A DNA stretch of 64,000 nt, taken from assembly GCA_951406725.2 (NCBI GenBank), contig OX597832.1, positions 5,456,001 to 5,520,000 of the forward strand, written 5' to 3'. Positions within the stretch are counted from its first letter, which is position 1. Every line of letters starts with the position of its first letter. A program made the translations under genes and the position numbers. Origin of the DNA: Octopus vulgaris (taxonomy: Eukaryota). Positions 1-12,751 of the stretch are shown here, in pieces. The notes beneath the pieces are model-generated. The model ran no database searches. It saw only the letters and a program-made list of their open reading frames with translations, and had not been told where the DNA came from.

Positions 1-300
1 CATTGATCCCTAACAACTGAAACAACACCTATAGTCACAAAAGGAATTAGGTTATCAGCGGGAATATTCCAGGGTGATAGTTTATCTGTAATGTTTGTAC
101 TGACAGTGAACTCGTTGTCAGCCCTGTTAACGAAATGCCAAGGCTATATGCTGAGATATGCAGAAAATAATAAAATTAATATCACCCACACATTTTTTGT
201 TGATGACCTAAAGTTTTATCGTGGTAACATGAACACCATCAAAGCAATTAGAACACGTCACAACTTTCTCACAGACCATAGAAATATGTCATAGCCAAAG
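1..300 (+). mobile_element. Non-LTR retrotransposon (R4/Dong-like) reverse transcriptase fragment
   Basis: In-frame translation TKGIRLSAGIFQGDSLSVMFVL...ITHTFFVDDLKFY contains the GIFQGDSLS and F(F/Y)xDDLK RT motifs typical of R4/Dong-clade elements; degenerates after about 250. Confidence 0.8.
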
Positions 301-390
301 GAAGAAAGATTGTCGTCAGTCTATTTGCGTATCTGTAAAAATTTGTATGACTTTCTAAAGGTTCTTCACCTGAGATACTTTAAAGGAGTA

Positions 391-1836
391 TAAGGTGCGT
401 TCAAAAAGTATCTGACTTCATTTTTCCTGTCAAAATGAATGCCGCATAAGCAAAATCCTTTGGCTGAGAAGGGAATTCACTTTTCCTTCGTACCGTAAAT
501 CCTCGAGTATAATCCGCATTTTCTCCCCAAAATTTAAAGGTCAAAATCCCTAGTGCGTACTATATACGAGGCTAAAAATGAAAATTATTTTCTAAGCAAT
601 GTCCAAGTCTCTATTTGCTGCCCGGCAATGCTTATTCAGACGCATTTTGTGGTGTCGGGTGCGAAAATACCTTAAGCTAAGCCAGTAAGCAATGAAGTCA
701 TAAAAGAATCATTCATAACATGCAGTAAGCAACATTTATTAAATGTTATTACTGTTATTACTGTTATTTCTTTATTTTCTGCAAACAAAATGCACAAAAA
801 AGCTACACGTTTGCATTATGTTATATATACAATAATAATAAAGGACGTTACCGTATAGTTTTACAAACCAAGGACGTTATATAGACCTCCTTGACTCAAG
901 TTAGAGAAGGGGTGCGTATTATACACAAGGTTTAGGTTTTTCAGAGGTACAGCCCCCTAAAAATCCCCTGCGTATTATACTCAAGGGCGGACTATACTCG
1001 AGGATTTACGGTATACGCGTAAATTTTCGCGCCGGTAGGATGCATCATTTCCCGGTTAGAATACACTTAGAGTATTACACCTAGAGTACAGACGTGTGGT
1101 GCGCGCTAGTCGGATTTCCGTTTACACGTAATTTGACCGAACGCGTCAAGCAGAGACCATAAACATATGCTTCATCACCAGTGATGATGGTTTTTATGAA
1201 GTATGAGTCGTGGCTTGCACAGTCCAACATAGCCTGAGTGATTTCCATGCGGAGTTGCTTCTCCTGGTCCGCCAGCATCTTGGGGGCGAATTTCGCCAAC
1301 ACTCTCCGCGAACACAAATCCTCCGTTAAACTGGAATGCACTGATCCTGTGCTTGCTCCCACTTCGTGTGCAGTTTCCTGGATTATTATAAGACGATCTT
1401 GCATGATTGCTCGATCCTTGTTTCGGTTCCTTGCTTCGGCTGGTGGATGGCATGCCTGAGAGTGTCTCGCCCTCCACTGAGGCGCGGCCGTGCTTGAAGC
1501 GGTTGTACCACTCCGTGATCTGAGTTTTGCTCATGGCATCATCGCCAAAGGCCTGCTGAATCTTCTGGATGGTTTGAACTAGAGTATCACAAAGCTTTTA
1601 GCTAAACTTGATGCAATATCTCTGCTCGATGTGTTCGGTGAAAACGAAAATCCTACGAACACGCACTACACGCTTGTACTCTAGGTGTGACAGCCGGGAA
1701 CTGGCACAGCCTACCAAAGCAAACACTTTCAAGCGCGCGCAGGAAGGGTGACGTCACTTTTTAACCAAAGGATTTTGACAACCTGGTACTAGTTTGATGG
1801 GGAAAATAAAGTCTGATAGTTTTTGAATGCACCTCG
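391..1836 (-). mobile_element. Internally deleted mariner transposon with both TIRs
   Basis: TIRs taaggtgcgttcaaaaagtatctgactt (391) and aagtctgatagtttttgaatgcacctcg (to 1836), each flanked by TA. Minus-strand relic IEQRYCIKF...MSKTQITEWYNRFKHGRASVE / RRVLAKFAPKML...IITGDEAYVYG (frameshifted; catalytic C-terminus missing). Confidence 0.9.
493..1011. mobile_element. Tc2/pogo-like MITE nested in the mariner
   Basis: TIR ccgtaaatcctcgagtataatccgc / gcggactatactcgaggatttacgg with TA on both sides (491-492, 1012-1013); subterminal repeats of gcgtaYtatayWcRagg type. Confidence 0.9.
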
Positions 1837-2263
1837 TATCTGCATACACACTTGGTTGTATGCACCCACAAAGACACATATGTAAAATGTAATGAGGCAC
1901 ACACATAACGCGCACACACACACCGATACCTAAATGTTAAAGAGACATTTTCACACAGAACATAAGTCGTTTTAACTCAAACAGCCTTGTCACTTTGTTT
2001 GCGACCGACTTAAACTCCAAGAAGAAAACATTAAAACAAAGATATTTTCATACATGAATATAGACGTGCACATATACATTTTTTATCGGGAAAATGGAAA
2101 AGGAAGAGTAAATATTTATTTTATGAGTGCTGTGTACTAAGGCAATAAAATTGTGCATAAAGTATATAAAGTATGTATATAAAGCGTATTAAGTTACCAT
2201 TGCATTCCAATTTCTTTCACTTTTCAATGTGTAGCAGATGAGCGACTGTCTTTCTATGCAGAT

Positions 2264-2362
2264 ATAACACAGGCTACGCTTTCAAGGTTTTTGGATAAAG
2301 TTTTCTGAAATAACCCAATAAGTTTACCATTAATTCCGTGAAATATTCACGGGCCCCGCTAG
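2264..2362 (+). mobile_element. Short Helitron-like 3'-end fragment
   Basis: Present only in the left arm of the fold-back. Ends in hairpin ccgtga-aatat-tcacgg followed by gccccgCTAG and then T, the canonical Helitron 3' terminus layout. Confidence 0.5.
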
Positions 2363-2496
2363 TTAATAATATCCTACTAATGCACATCTGTAGTCTGTAG
2401 TAGGTAAGTTACAGCTCATAGCAGAACTTAGTACTTTGATGTTGCTGTTTCACGTCATCAATATCGCAGGTATACCATAGTCATACTTGATAATAA

Positions 2497-2702
2497 TAGC
2501 CAGGCTCGTGGGCCAGGTTTCCCGGTTTCAATGGCATATATGTTCTCCAGCTGGACGGGACGCCAGTCCATCGCAGCGTTACTCATTTATGGCAGCTGAG
2601 TGAACCGGAAAAACGTGAAGCGTCGCCCGATCCAGGAATCGAAACCACAATCTTACGATCACGATGCTGACACCCTAACCACTAAGCCACGCGCCTCCAC
2701 AC
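2497..2702 (-). mobile_element. tRNA-derived SINE with 23-bp target-site duplication
   Basis: Minus-strand head ggaggcgcgTGGCTTAGTGGttagg...GGTTTCGATTCC (Pol III A/B boxes); accatagtcatacttgataataa is duplicated at 2474-2496 and 2703-2725; shares its 3' part with 32924-33228. Confidence 0.85.
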
Positions 2703-4353
2703 ACCATAGTCATACTTGATAATAAATGCTGATCAATATATTAGATTTGTGTGAGTGTGTATGTGTGTGAGTATGTGTGCGTGAGTGTGTGTAAATATAT
2801 ATGGGTATTATATAATGCCCATATATATTTACACACACACGTACACACACTAACATACTCACACACTCACACATATACACACTAACACACTCACACACAC
2901 TAACACACTCACACAAATCTAAGATATTGCTCAATATTTGTTATCACGTATGACTATGGTGTATTTGCGATATTTTAGCAGAGGAAGACGATAATTTTAC
3001 TAGAGATATTGGTGACGTGAAACAGCGACATCAAAGTACTAAGTTCTGTTATGAGCTGTAACTTACCTACCACAGACTACAGATATACGTTAGTAAGATA
3101 TTATTATTTAGCTGTATGGAAAGATAGTCACTCATCTACTACTCATAGATAATTGAAAGAAATTGGAATACGATGATAACTGAATACATCTTATATATAC
3201 ACTTTATAAACTTCATGTACAATTTTATAGACTTAATGCACATCACTCATAAATAAATATTCACTTTTATTTTTCCATTTTTCTCCTAAAAGAATATCCC
3301 GTACATATGATACAACCTTTAGTTAAATTGCGTACATCTGCCACGTAAATAAGCGTGAATATTTCACGGAATTGCACTTATGCGCATTCGTTAAGTGATA
3401 GGTGATATAAAAAAAACTTAGTTCAATTAAAAAAATACACTTTCTACTATCCAGTCAACACCGCCGCCTCCACCACCACCACCACCACCACCACCACCAC
3501 CACCTCCTCCTCCTCCTCCTCCTCCACTCTCCCGCTGCCCCCCTCTCTCTTGTCTTTCTTTAACTTCACCATCAGAACATCACCTCTCTGCTAAAATACA
3601 TTTTTAACTCTCCTCGTCTATATTATCACGACCTTCAACCAACTCTTTTGACCATGTAATAATTATTACGTTCCCCCTACCTCACGTCATGGGCGCTTCT
3701 CTCTCCGTCTTTTTCTCTCTCCTTTTTCTCTCCTCTCTTTCTGTCTCACTCTTCGCCTTATCCTCTTTTTCTTTCTCCTTTTTCTTTTTCCTCTTTTTCC
3801 CTTCAACTACAATTACATTCCCTCTACTTCACATCAAGGATGCTTCTCTCTCCCACTTTTTCTTTCTCCTTTTTCTCTAATCACGTGAAAGCGTTACCGA
3901 CGGGCTAAGTAATGGAATGACAAACAATATTAAAAGATTGAAACGATAACAGTATATATAATTGGTACTTTTTAGTATAAGGCCACCCACTTTAAAGAGA
4001 AGAAATATAGTCAGATACTCAATGAGAGTTTAATATAATATTTTCGCATCTACCACAGGGTTAGAATGCTCAAGTTTATTCTTTTTGTAGTAAATCAACC
4101 TTTTTGTCAATGTGTATTTAAGACCATGTAGTTTGTTTTCTTATCTAGTGGCAGTACGTCATATAAGCATACAACTAAAGCGAGTTATTCTAGACTGGTC
4201 CTAGTTTTACGAAATGCATTTCTTCATTTAATCTTTATTTACACTATATTTACTCTCTATTTACACTGTTTTTACTCCATATCGCAACCACTGGCAGATG
4301 ACATTCCTTGCTTCTGAGCAATGTAGTTTCTTCATGAACACGTGGATACCAAA

Positions 4354-4370
4354 ATAATAATAATAATAAC

Positions 4371-4419
<49 letters not shown>
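4354..4419. repeat. (TAA)n microsatellite / SINE tail
   Basis: Direct reading; abuts the 3' end of the minus-strand SINE. Confidence 0.95.
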
Positions 4420-4626
4420 GCTTCAAATTTTTATACAAGGCCAGCAATTTCGATAGAAAGGGTGTGTCAGTTACATTGATCCCAGTACTCAATTGCTACT
4501 AATTTATCGAATAAAAAGAATAAAAGGAAAATTCGGTCGCGGAGATATTTGAACTCAGAGCGTAAAGATGGGCGAAATGCCGCTAAGCATTTTGCCCGGT
4601 GTGCTAACGATTCTGCCAGCTCGCCG
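4420..4626 (-). mobile_element. tRNA-derived SINE (family B: ggcgagctggcagaatcgttagc...)
   Basis: Reverse complement gives A box TGGCAGAATCG and B box GAGTTCAAATA. Homologous to 33508-33724 and 54225-54441; further partial copies at about 4645-4760 and 4895-4975. Confidence 0.85.
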
Positions 4627-4766
4627 TTTTTACTATAATAATCATCCTTTCGATTATAAGCATAAGGCCTGAAATCTGAGAGAAGGAGACTAATCGATTA
4701 TATTTGTCCCAGTGCTTAACTGGTATTTATTTCATCGACCCCGAAATGATAAAAGGCAAAGATCCA

Positions 4767-4894
4767 TCCTTCCTTCCTTCCTTCCTTCCTCCCTTCCTTC
4801 TTCCCTCCCTTCCTTCCTTCCTTCCTTCCTTCCTTCCTTCCTTCCTTCCTTCCTTCCTTCCTTCCTTCCTTCCTTCCTTCCTTCTTTCCTTCCT
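4767..4894. repeat. (TTCC)n microsatellite
   Basis: Direct reading; explains the PSFL repeat in ORFs 4704 and 4712. Confidence 0.95.
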
Positions 4895-4974
4895 AAAGGC
4901 ACAATTCCTGAAATTTGGGGGGAGGGTCTACATCAATCCCAGTGTTTCACTGCTGCTTAATTTATCGACTCCGA

Positions 4975-5591
4975 AAGACCAGGCTTTCGTCACGAACTGG
5001 ATAGTCAACCTTTGGAATGAGCAAGTGTCTCCACTGTGCCGCATCTATAATAGAGTGGATGAAACTATTTCCCATATCACAGAAGAATGTCCTAGACTTG
5101 CCCCAAACCGCTACAAGTTATGGCGACACGATCAGGTAGCGAAAGTGCCACATTGGAAAGTATGCGAAAAGTGGGGGATAGAAAGAAGTAAGATGTGGTA
5201 TGAGCCCAAATTGCAGAGAGTGGCGGAGTCGGAGATTAGCAAAATCCTCTGGGATTTCCCAATCCAAACAGATCAGGTGCTAAAGCATAACAAACCGGAC
5301 CAAGATGCACCACATGTGCTATATGGTGGATGTTGCAACCCCACTTATCCAAGAATAGTCAAGAAGGAAAGCAAAAAATAGATAAATATAACCCTTTTAA
5401 GTACGAAATAGCCCTGCTATGGAGAATGAAGAAGGTAAAGATAGTCCCAATTATTGTTGGGTCCTTGGGGCCAGTATCAGAAGGCATTAAGGGGAATATA
5501 AAAGAAATTGGAATAGAGTGCCCAGTAGAACTGTTGCAAAAGGTTTGCCTCCTTGGCCTGCCAGAATAATCAGGAAAGTATTAAATAGTTG
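4975..5591 (+). mobile_element. R4/Dong-like non-LTR retrotransposon 3' fragment (zinc knuckle + restriction-like endonuclease)
   Basis: PLCRIY...ETISHITEECPRLA...RHDQVAK...KILWDFPIQTDQVLKHNKPD, then frameshift to KIDKY...IVPIIVGSLG: CCHC knuckle, RHD and PD-(D/E)xK RLE motifs. Confidence 0.85.
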
Positions 5592-5639
5592 AAAAAACGG
5601 ATAGCATGGTATCTATACTTTCTTGTTTGAACCCCGAAT

Positions 5640-6320
5640 CAAAGATTAATTAAACCTTGTGCAACCCTTCAAGTCTCTTGGATTTTCGCAATGATAGACG
5701 AGTAGGGGATCTTAATTTCATATTAGAAGCGGCATTACCTTAAAGATGAAGTGTCAAGCGATTTATGGAAGCTTTAAATCTTGGTTGTCTTTTTCTTTTC
5801 GAAAAATAAAAATATAATGTCATCTACATTATATAATGCTGTTGTTGGTAGGCCTCTTTAACAATAATTTTTTTTCAGCTACTCAGGGCATTGAACAGCA
5901 GCCTCTGTAACAGTACTGGCAAATTTGTTGTACAAATTAAAGCGCTTTTACAGTAAACCGCCACACAAACTTATAGCTTTTTTCTTTTTAAATCTCATCG
6001 TGCTTATCGGTACATTACATTGAGTATAATCCTCATTTTATACACCTAAGAGCCATTCCATTTTAAGCATCACATTAGATCTGTGAAAACAAAGTTCGAG
6101 CAGTTCTTGAGTACTTGACTTAATTTTCTCTCTCTTGTCCCGTATAGTTCCTATTGTAGGTGTTGCAAGTCTTAATGTTCTGTCAATGTAGTTGGTGTTT
6201 TCTTCTGCATCAAGAAATTTTAAAAAATAACAAGTTTAATGTGCCGTGTAATCTTTTTGCGGTTTCAGATAGCAAGCGCGCTTCCTATTGATGGCTTCTT
6301 TCCAGACATCTTGACTTTTA
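5640..6320 (-). mobile_element. Tigger/pogo transposase relic (CENP-B-type HTH + start of DDE)
   Basis: Manual minus-strand translation across stops and frameshifts: KFLDAEENTNYIDRTLRLATPTIGTIRDKREKIK...RSNVMLKMEWLLGV*...LKKIIVKEAYQQQ...YNVDD...PRFKASINRLTLHL*GNAA, matching Tigger motifs FNVDETGLFWK and GFKASKDRLTLLLGGNA. Confidence 0.75.
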
Positions 6321-7046
6321 GGTTAATTCAACAACGGCGATGATCAATTATCCTCAAAAAATATGAAGTAAAAAACAGCACTAAGAAATAAGTATTTTGT
6401 GAGAGCATAAAATTGTTGTCTTATTCCTATGAATGTAAGACTGGAAATGAAATGAAAAGGTGTAGGAGTGAGGAAGGAGTAAATACTGCATGAATACAGT
6501 TAATTGAAAGGTTACCAAGTTCATGAGTACTTTGCTACCTTCACTTCCGTCTTGACCCATAAAACCTCCACACACTATTCAAACACACACACACACACAC
6601 ATATACACATCGTTGTACTGACGTAAAACACGTGTAGCTACAGACATTTTAGTCATGCTGATACTATTATTACTGATGCTGTTTGGTTTTTCAAAACTTT
6701 GTGGGTCGTTAGTGATGTTAGTCTGGATGACGGCGATGGCGATGTTATTGTGGGTGGTGGCAGTGGTCATATTGTTCTTTTTAACTGAATGTTGTTGCAG
6801 GTTCGTCTCATGTCAAACACCATTAACATAAGATGAAAGGCACTTCCTTCAATATTTCAAATGTATTAGAGCATCACATTATCCCATGTTATTTTCTAAA
6901 TTTTAGAGTTGACTGTTCATCCTGTTCACACTATTGTTGCTATTGTTTTTGATCATTAAAGAGTTCATGGGTTGGTCATGGCGGTGGTTGAAGTGGTTTG
7001 GGCGTTGAAGGTAGTTTTATTAGTATTGCATATAGAGATGGTGGTG

Positions 7047-7110
<64 letters not shown>

Positions 7111-8199
7111 AATATAAATTAATAATTTAAATTTTTAACTTTAAATTTAAATAATTTAAATTTTGAATTTTATATTTTATATATTTTGTATATTATATTA
7201 ATTAATTTTATTTCTATGTTTTGGTTTATGTTTTTCCTGTTTGATTTGCCTAATAGTGGTTACTTTTTATCTTATATTAAACTTTTTAATACTTTTTGAT
7301 AGTTATATATATTTAATAAATAAATAAATAAATAAAAATGTGCACATACACAAACACACACACATATATACAAACACATAGCGCGCACACTCACACACGC
7401 ATACATACATACATAATATATACATAGAGAGAGAGAGAGGGGGGAGAGGGAGGAGAGAGGGAGAGATACAGACAAACAGAGACAGATGCAGAGACAAATA
7501 TTTGATAACCATTATATGTAACAAAATACTTAACTCTAACTTTCAGAAATAAACCGAATCTGGGAAACTTCGATTTCAGTTGAGTCAATTTCATGTACTT
7601 TACTGGTTTAATTAACTCGAGAAAGTCAAATAACATAACTGTCAATGTTTTCCTGACTCCGAAAATACAAGTCCAGCATATCTGAATGGAATACGGTGGC
7701 AATAGATTATCAAGTAGTAAGAACTAAGCTTCTAGAAGTCTGAATCTACGGCGGGTTTTGATTGGTGATCGAAGTAAATTAACTTAACTCTCAGCAATCA
7801 CGTTCCTAAGAAACACCGAAGCATTTCTCAGTCACATGCCTCCATTATAAATGAGCTTGAAAAATTAATCAATGAAGTCGAACATATACATTATGGCACA
7901 AATGATGAATGTTTTGTGGTATTTCTTCTGTTCAGAACTTAATTTCGTTAAGGTTGACTTTGCCTTTTACCCTCCATGGTTAGGTTTCCTCTAATTTTTA
8001 GCTGTTAGTGTACGCAAAATGATTCTGTTGCACATTTTTTCTTTGCAAGTTATTTCATGTAAAAAAGGTGAGTACGCAATGCTTATACAAAAATAAACTG
8101 AAATCGTTTCAAGATAATTTTAGCACAGCTTATCTTTCATGACAAACTGCATCGTCATGTTTTAATGAGGATATGAGAAAATTCCAACTCTTTCTTAGT

Positions 8200-9350
8200 A
8201 CATTTAAAATTATTTGTGGGAATTCAAATAAAATAAGCTTTCGAAACTATTGTATGGTTAGCGGTGTCTAAGAACTTTACCAAAAGAAGAATCATGAATT
8301 TTTATAAATTTTTATTAAAAGAAAATATAATTTTAAAAGTTTTTGAAAGTTTAGTGAATTTTCTTTTAATAAAATTCCTTAAAACATTTCTCTCTACCTC
8401 CTTTTAAAAAATCGTTTGCACAAGAGCAAGAGTTTTCCCAGTGGTGGATATGATTTCTATTCTACGACGTGACATATCCGTTTGACGCTTCATTAACAAA
8501 AACATGGCTAAGCTTTCTAAAATTTTATGTGGAGCAATGTCAAAATAAATCAATAACCAATAACACTCTTCAAATTCATTGGTCATTATTATAATTAAAT
8601 TTGCTGGAAATGGTTAAATTGAAACTCATTCCATTTAAAGCTTGTTGACAAATTATCCAGTTACTTAATATAAACATTTTCACACACAGTACAGTTTACG
8701 TGTGCTTATAAAACATCACACAGAATAACACACATTTAAGTCACTCACTTCATTAATCTCTTTCTCTTCTTTGATATTTACTCATTTTTTTTTGTAAACG
8801 CTGCATAGATTAATGCAACTTCCATTCGATTTAGCTATTTATTCTCATTAGCAATATCCAAATGACATTAACCTAAACTGTTTCTCAACATAAATTTGAG
8901 TTGAGACATTATACCAAAACCTCACCCACAATCTGCACAAGATTTTCCCTCGATGCTGATTAACTTTGAGAGGTCATAAAACTTCATTTTGAAGTACAAG
9001 TGTCATCATAACCTTACTTTAACGAGTGATGATAAGTTTTGCTCTCTGATTTTTTTAATACCGTTCAAATGCAATTTACTCGACAAATGACGCTTCAAAA
9101 TGTTGAAGTTTCAAATAGCCTCTATCTTCTTTTCATCAACTTCTGCAGTCGTCAAATCACGACATCACAAAAGTTAACTCCAGTTTCTGAAAAATACATA
9201 AATATTTCTTTGTAGCAGAACGTTCATGACTTTATGAGCCTTCAGTGCAGCAGTTTCTATAAGTTTATTCGAGGTATTGCACTTTAAACTAACTGATAGT
9301 TCTTTTATATTCCACACACTTCACTTACTTTGAAGTCGACATTTTCAATC
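8200..9350 (-). mobile_element. Possible highly decayed hAT transposase relic
   Basis: Minus-strand fragments NFNILKRHLSSKLHLN (TTF-type zinc finger-like) and VFVNEA-TDMS (resembles the first catalytic motif xDE(S/T)TDxS); many stops; no TIRs found. Confidence 0.35.
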
Positions 9351-9825
9351 AATATTTAAAAATAAGCACACACAATAATCCAGTCTACGCAATGGAAAGA
9401 GTATTAAGTTAAATTAGCTGTTTGTGTATCATATTTAGTGTTGACAGGCAAGTTACTGCAGTTTTCGTCCGACATAAAAAAAAATCTCTTATACATGTAC
9501 TATGTTTAGAAATAATTTTCAATATATATTGTGTTTTCAGGCATAGCACGTCCATAAGAGATTTTATCTCGGACGAAAATTGCAGTAACTTGCTTGTCAA
9601 CGGTGTATATATATTAACCATGTTACATAGCTGGCTATTTAACAAAAACACAGCAAGATGAGCTTTCTATAGAATTGGAAAACTTTGTAAACTTTTATGT
9701 AAATACTGTCCACCAAACCTTTGCTGTAGTCGTGAAGCTACTGCACAAACTGGAACAGATGAGGGGAGTTTTATGAATGATGTGCAAATATAGTATTTTT
9801 AAAAAAATCAACTTAACAAAAACGT

Positions 9826-9886
9826 TTAGCTAAGAGATTATCTTCAATAATGCTATTAGCATTATTGAAGATAATCTCTTAGCTAA
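9826..9886. repeat. Perfect 61-bp palindrome (30-bp arms, 1-nt centre)
   Basis: ttagctaagagattatcttcaataatgcta-T-tagcattattgaagataatctcttagctaa. Confidence 0.95.
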
Positions 9887-10505
9887 CCGTTTCTGTTTGT
9901 GTATTCATTATTACAACATTTTAGACACCTAACTTTTTAGGGGCGCATTAATGTATTTCGTGCAACACGCGCACAAAGGGGAAACAAGGCTTCCGGTCTC
10001 CATTCAATTTGTACCAGTCAAACATTTGGATCGATTAAATTAACTTTACTCCATTCCCAAAATTTGAGGCCGTGTGTTTGTGTTAGAAATTATTACTTTA
10101 TGTATCTCCAACACACTTGTCAAATATCACTTTATTTCTGTTTCTAGTAACGCCTAACAACATACGTAAATAACCTATACCTGTTGATTTACGGTTTTAT
10201 CTTTGTTTTATATCTCTCTATATTTATTGATAATACCGTCGTTGGTTACAGTTATCCCATTAGCCAATTGCTTTGGATTACTAATGGGCAGAGTGACATG
10301 GGAGTGTTTATAGCTCCTGCAAAGGACTTAGTTTCAATAGCTCCGTCTTTCTATTGACTTTTACATCCTTTATCCACATACATCGAAAAACATGCATACA
10401 TACATACACATGTACATAGATGCATGAGTACATACATTCATATATGCAAATATACATGCGTGACAGCTGTCCACACGTGTCCGCTGGTATGTATATATGT
10501 ATGTG

Positions 10506-11086
10506 CAAGGTGGTATCGAAACGTTCCCGGACTGTTTATGTTGCGCGCCAACAAATGGCAGCATACGGTTGCCTGCGCAGTGAGAGCTAGCAGTGACCTT
10601 CATGAGGCAGTGTGCCGAGTAACATCGCTGTGTTTACTTCACAAGTTGTGAAATTTGTGTTTTCGTGATCACGTATATGCTGTAGTCTGCGATTTTTGTC
10701 AAGTTGGAACAAAGAGCCAACGTGACATTTTGCGTTAAACTTGGGAAATCTGCTACAAAGACATTGAGCATGCTTCGGAAAGCTTACGGCCAAGAGGCAA
10801 TGGGTCGTACGCAATGGTTCGAGTGGCACTGGCGCTTCAAAAAACGGAAGAATGTCTCTGGGAGACGATGAGCGATCTGGAAGACCTGCCACGAGCGTCA
10901 CCCCCGGAAATGTGGGGAAACTTCATCAGCTTGTGCATGATGATCGTTGGAAGATAATCAAAGGTAGCCATTTTAACACTGTTGTCGAGATCAAGAGCGA
11001 ATTGCAGAAGGTACTCGACACGCTTAGTTAAATAAGCTATTTCTTAGTGAACATAACTAGTCCAGGAACTTTTTGATACTACTTTG
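10506..11086 (+). mobile_element. Non-autonomous deletion derivative of a mariner (same family as 23990-25062)
   Basis: TIRs caaggtggtatcgaaacgttcccggac / gtccaggaactttttgatactactttg; N-terminal LEQRANVTFCVKLGKS...QWFEWHWRFK joined directly to the C-terminal KG..FNTVVEIKSEL segment. Confidence 0.85.
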
Positions 11087-11128
11087 TATGTATGTATGTA
11101 TGTATGTATGTATGTATGTATGTATGTA

Positions 11129-12751
11129 CAGTGGGTGCAAATAAATATTCGTACATGTCAAAATTCTTTATTTATTTAATTTCTAATGAACATAAATGGG
11201 ATATACCAATACTATATTTGAATACACATGCATAAACTAAGAATATGCAAAAGAAACCAATAAATTACAGTAACTAATGAATTTATATGCAATCATAAAT
11301 ATTTCGGGGTGAAAAAAGTATTCGTACAGAACATAAATAACTGATAATTCTGATTTAATACTTCGTAACCTAACCATTATTCAGTTCCACTTCAACCAAT
11401 TTCTTCTTGTAGTTCTTAATCAATGACTTGCATGTTTCTTTAGGAATTTTTTCCCATTCTTCTTGACAAATTTTCTTCAAATCTGCAATGCATTTTGGGA
11501 CTCTTAAATGAATTGTAACTTTCAAATAACGCCACAAATTTTCAATAGGGTTCAAGTCAAGGGACTGGCTTGGCCATTCTAATAATTTTATATTCTGATT
11601 GACAATCCATTTTTGATAGACTTCGCCGTGTGCTTAGAGCCGTTATCCAGTTGTAAAACCTACCCTTCACAAAGCTGGAGCTTTTCTACAGAGTCCCATA
11701 AATTATTGTTCAAAATATTTTGGTACATCTCTGCATTCATTCTACCATCTATCACATGTAAATTGCCAGTATCCTTTGCAGAGAAACACCCCCACACCAT
11801 GATGTTGCCATCTCCAAACTTTACAGTAGGAATTGTGTTTTTCGGCGAATAGGTGGTACCATCTTTCCTCCAAACATGGCTACGCGAATTTCGTCTAAAC
11901 AATTCAATTTTCGACTCATCTGTCCATAGAACATTTTCCCAGAATGTATCAGATTTATCTTTATGTTCATAAACAAAATTTAAACCGGCATCTCTATGCC
12001 TTTTAGTCAACAGTGAAGTTTTTCTAGGGGAGCGTGACTTCAGTTCATTCCTATGAAGTTCATTGCTGATTGTTCGTAGTGTAACATTAGTCCCCGAAGC
12101 TAACAAATCTTCTTGCAACTCGTTTCTGGTGATCATTGCGTTTTTTTTTTTCGATTCTTCGCTTCATTTTTCTTAAAGACCAGGGGAAATCTTGCATGGT
12201 GCACCGGATCTTATTCTGTTTTTAACAGTTCCCGATCTTTTTTATGTATTTGAATAAATGAAGATATGGTAGAAAATGGAATACAAAGGATCTCTGATAT
12301 TTTCCTGTAACTTTTACCTGCTTTCCACTGTTCAATAATTGAGTTTTTCACTGAATTTGTGAGTTCTTTACTTTTCCCCATTATTACGATACTACTTTGT
12401 TGTCTCAGTACTGAATGAAGAAGCTAGTGTTTTGACACTTAAAAATGACAACTGATATGATTATTGGAACAAACGAGAAAGTTCTAGTAAAAAAAATTAT
12501 TTTAACAGTATTTTGTGGCATAGAAATCATAAATCATAAATTTATTCTGTATGAATACATTTTTCACCCCTAAAAATTTATAATTGTATATAAATTCATT
12601 AGTTACTATAATTTATTAGTTTCTTTTGCATATTTTTAGTTTTATGCATGTGTATGCAAATATAGTATTGGTATATTCCATTCATGTTCATTAGAAATTA
12701 ATTAAATAAAGAATTTTGACGTGTACGAATATTTATCCCCCCCCCCCACTG
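11129..12751 (-). mobile_element. Near-full-length Tc1-family (IR/DR, Sleeping Beauty-like) transposon
   Basis: About 210-bp imperfect TIRs starting CAGTG with internal direct repeats (aatattcgtaca / aagtattcgtaca); TA flanks within a (TATG)n tract. Confidence 0.93.
11355..12381 (-). pseudogene. Tc1 DD34E transposase pseudogene (frameshifted)
   Basis: MGKSKELTNSVKNSIIEQWKAGKSYRKIS...[13 protein letters not shown]...[15 protein letters not shown]...WPSQSLDLNPIENLW...TKY*; split over ORFs 11660-12136 and 11370-11555. Confidence 0.9.

Larger units (their letters stand above)
2082..3290. mobile_element. Long fold-back (palindromic) element with nested insertions
   Basis: About 2085-2260 is the imperfect reverse complement of about 3110-3290; about 2365-2495 pairs with about 2940-3105; about 2730-2760 pairs with about 2905-2935. 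Confidence 0.75.

Noticed and set aside
4704-5381. Longest ORF (225 aa) as a host gene
   Set aside because: Chance read-through of a SINE fragment, (TTCC)n and an R4/Dong LINE remnant.
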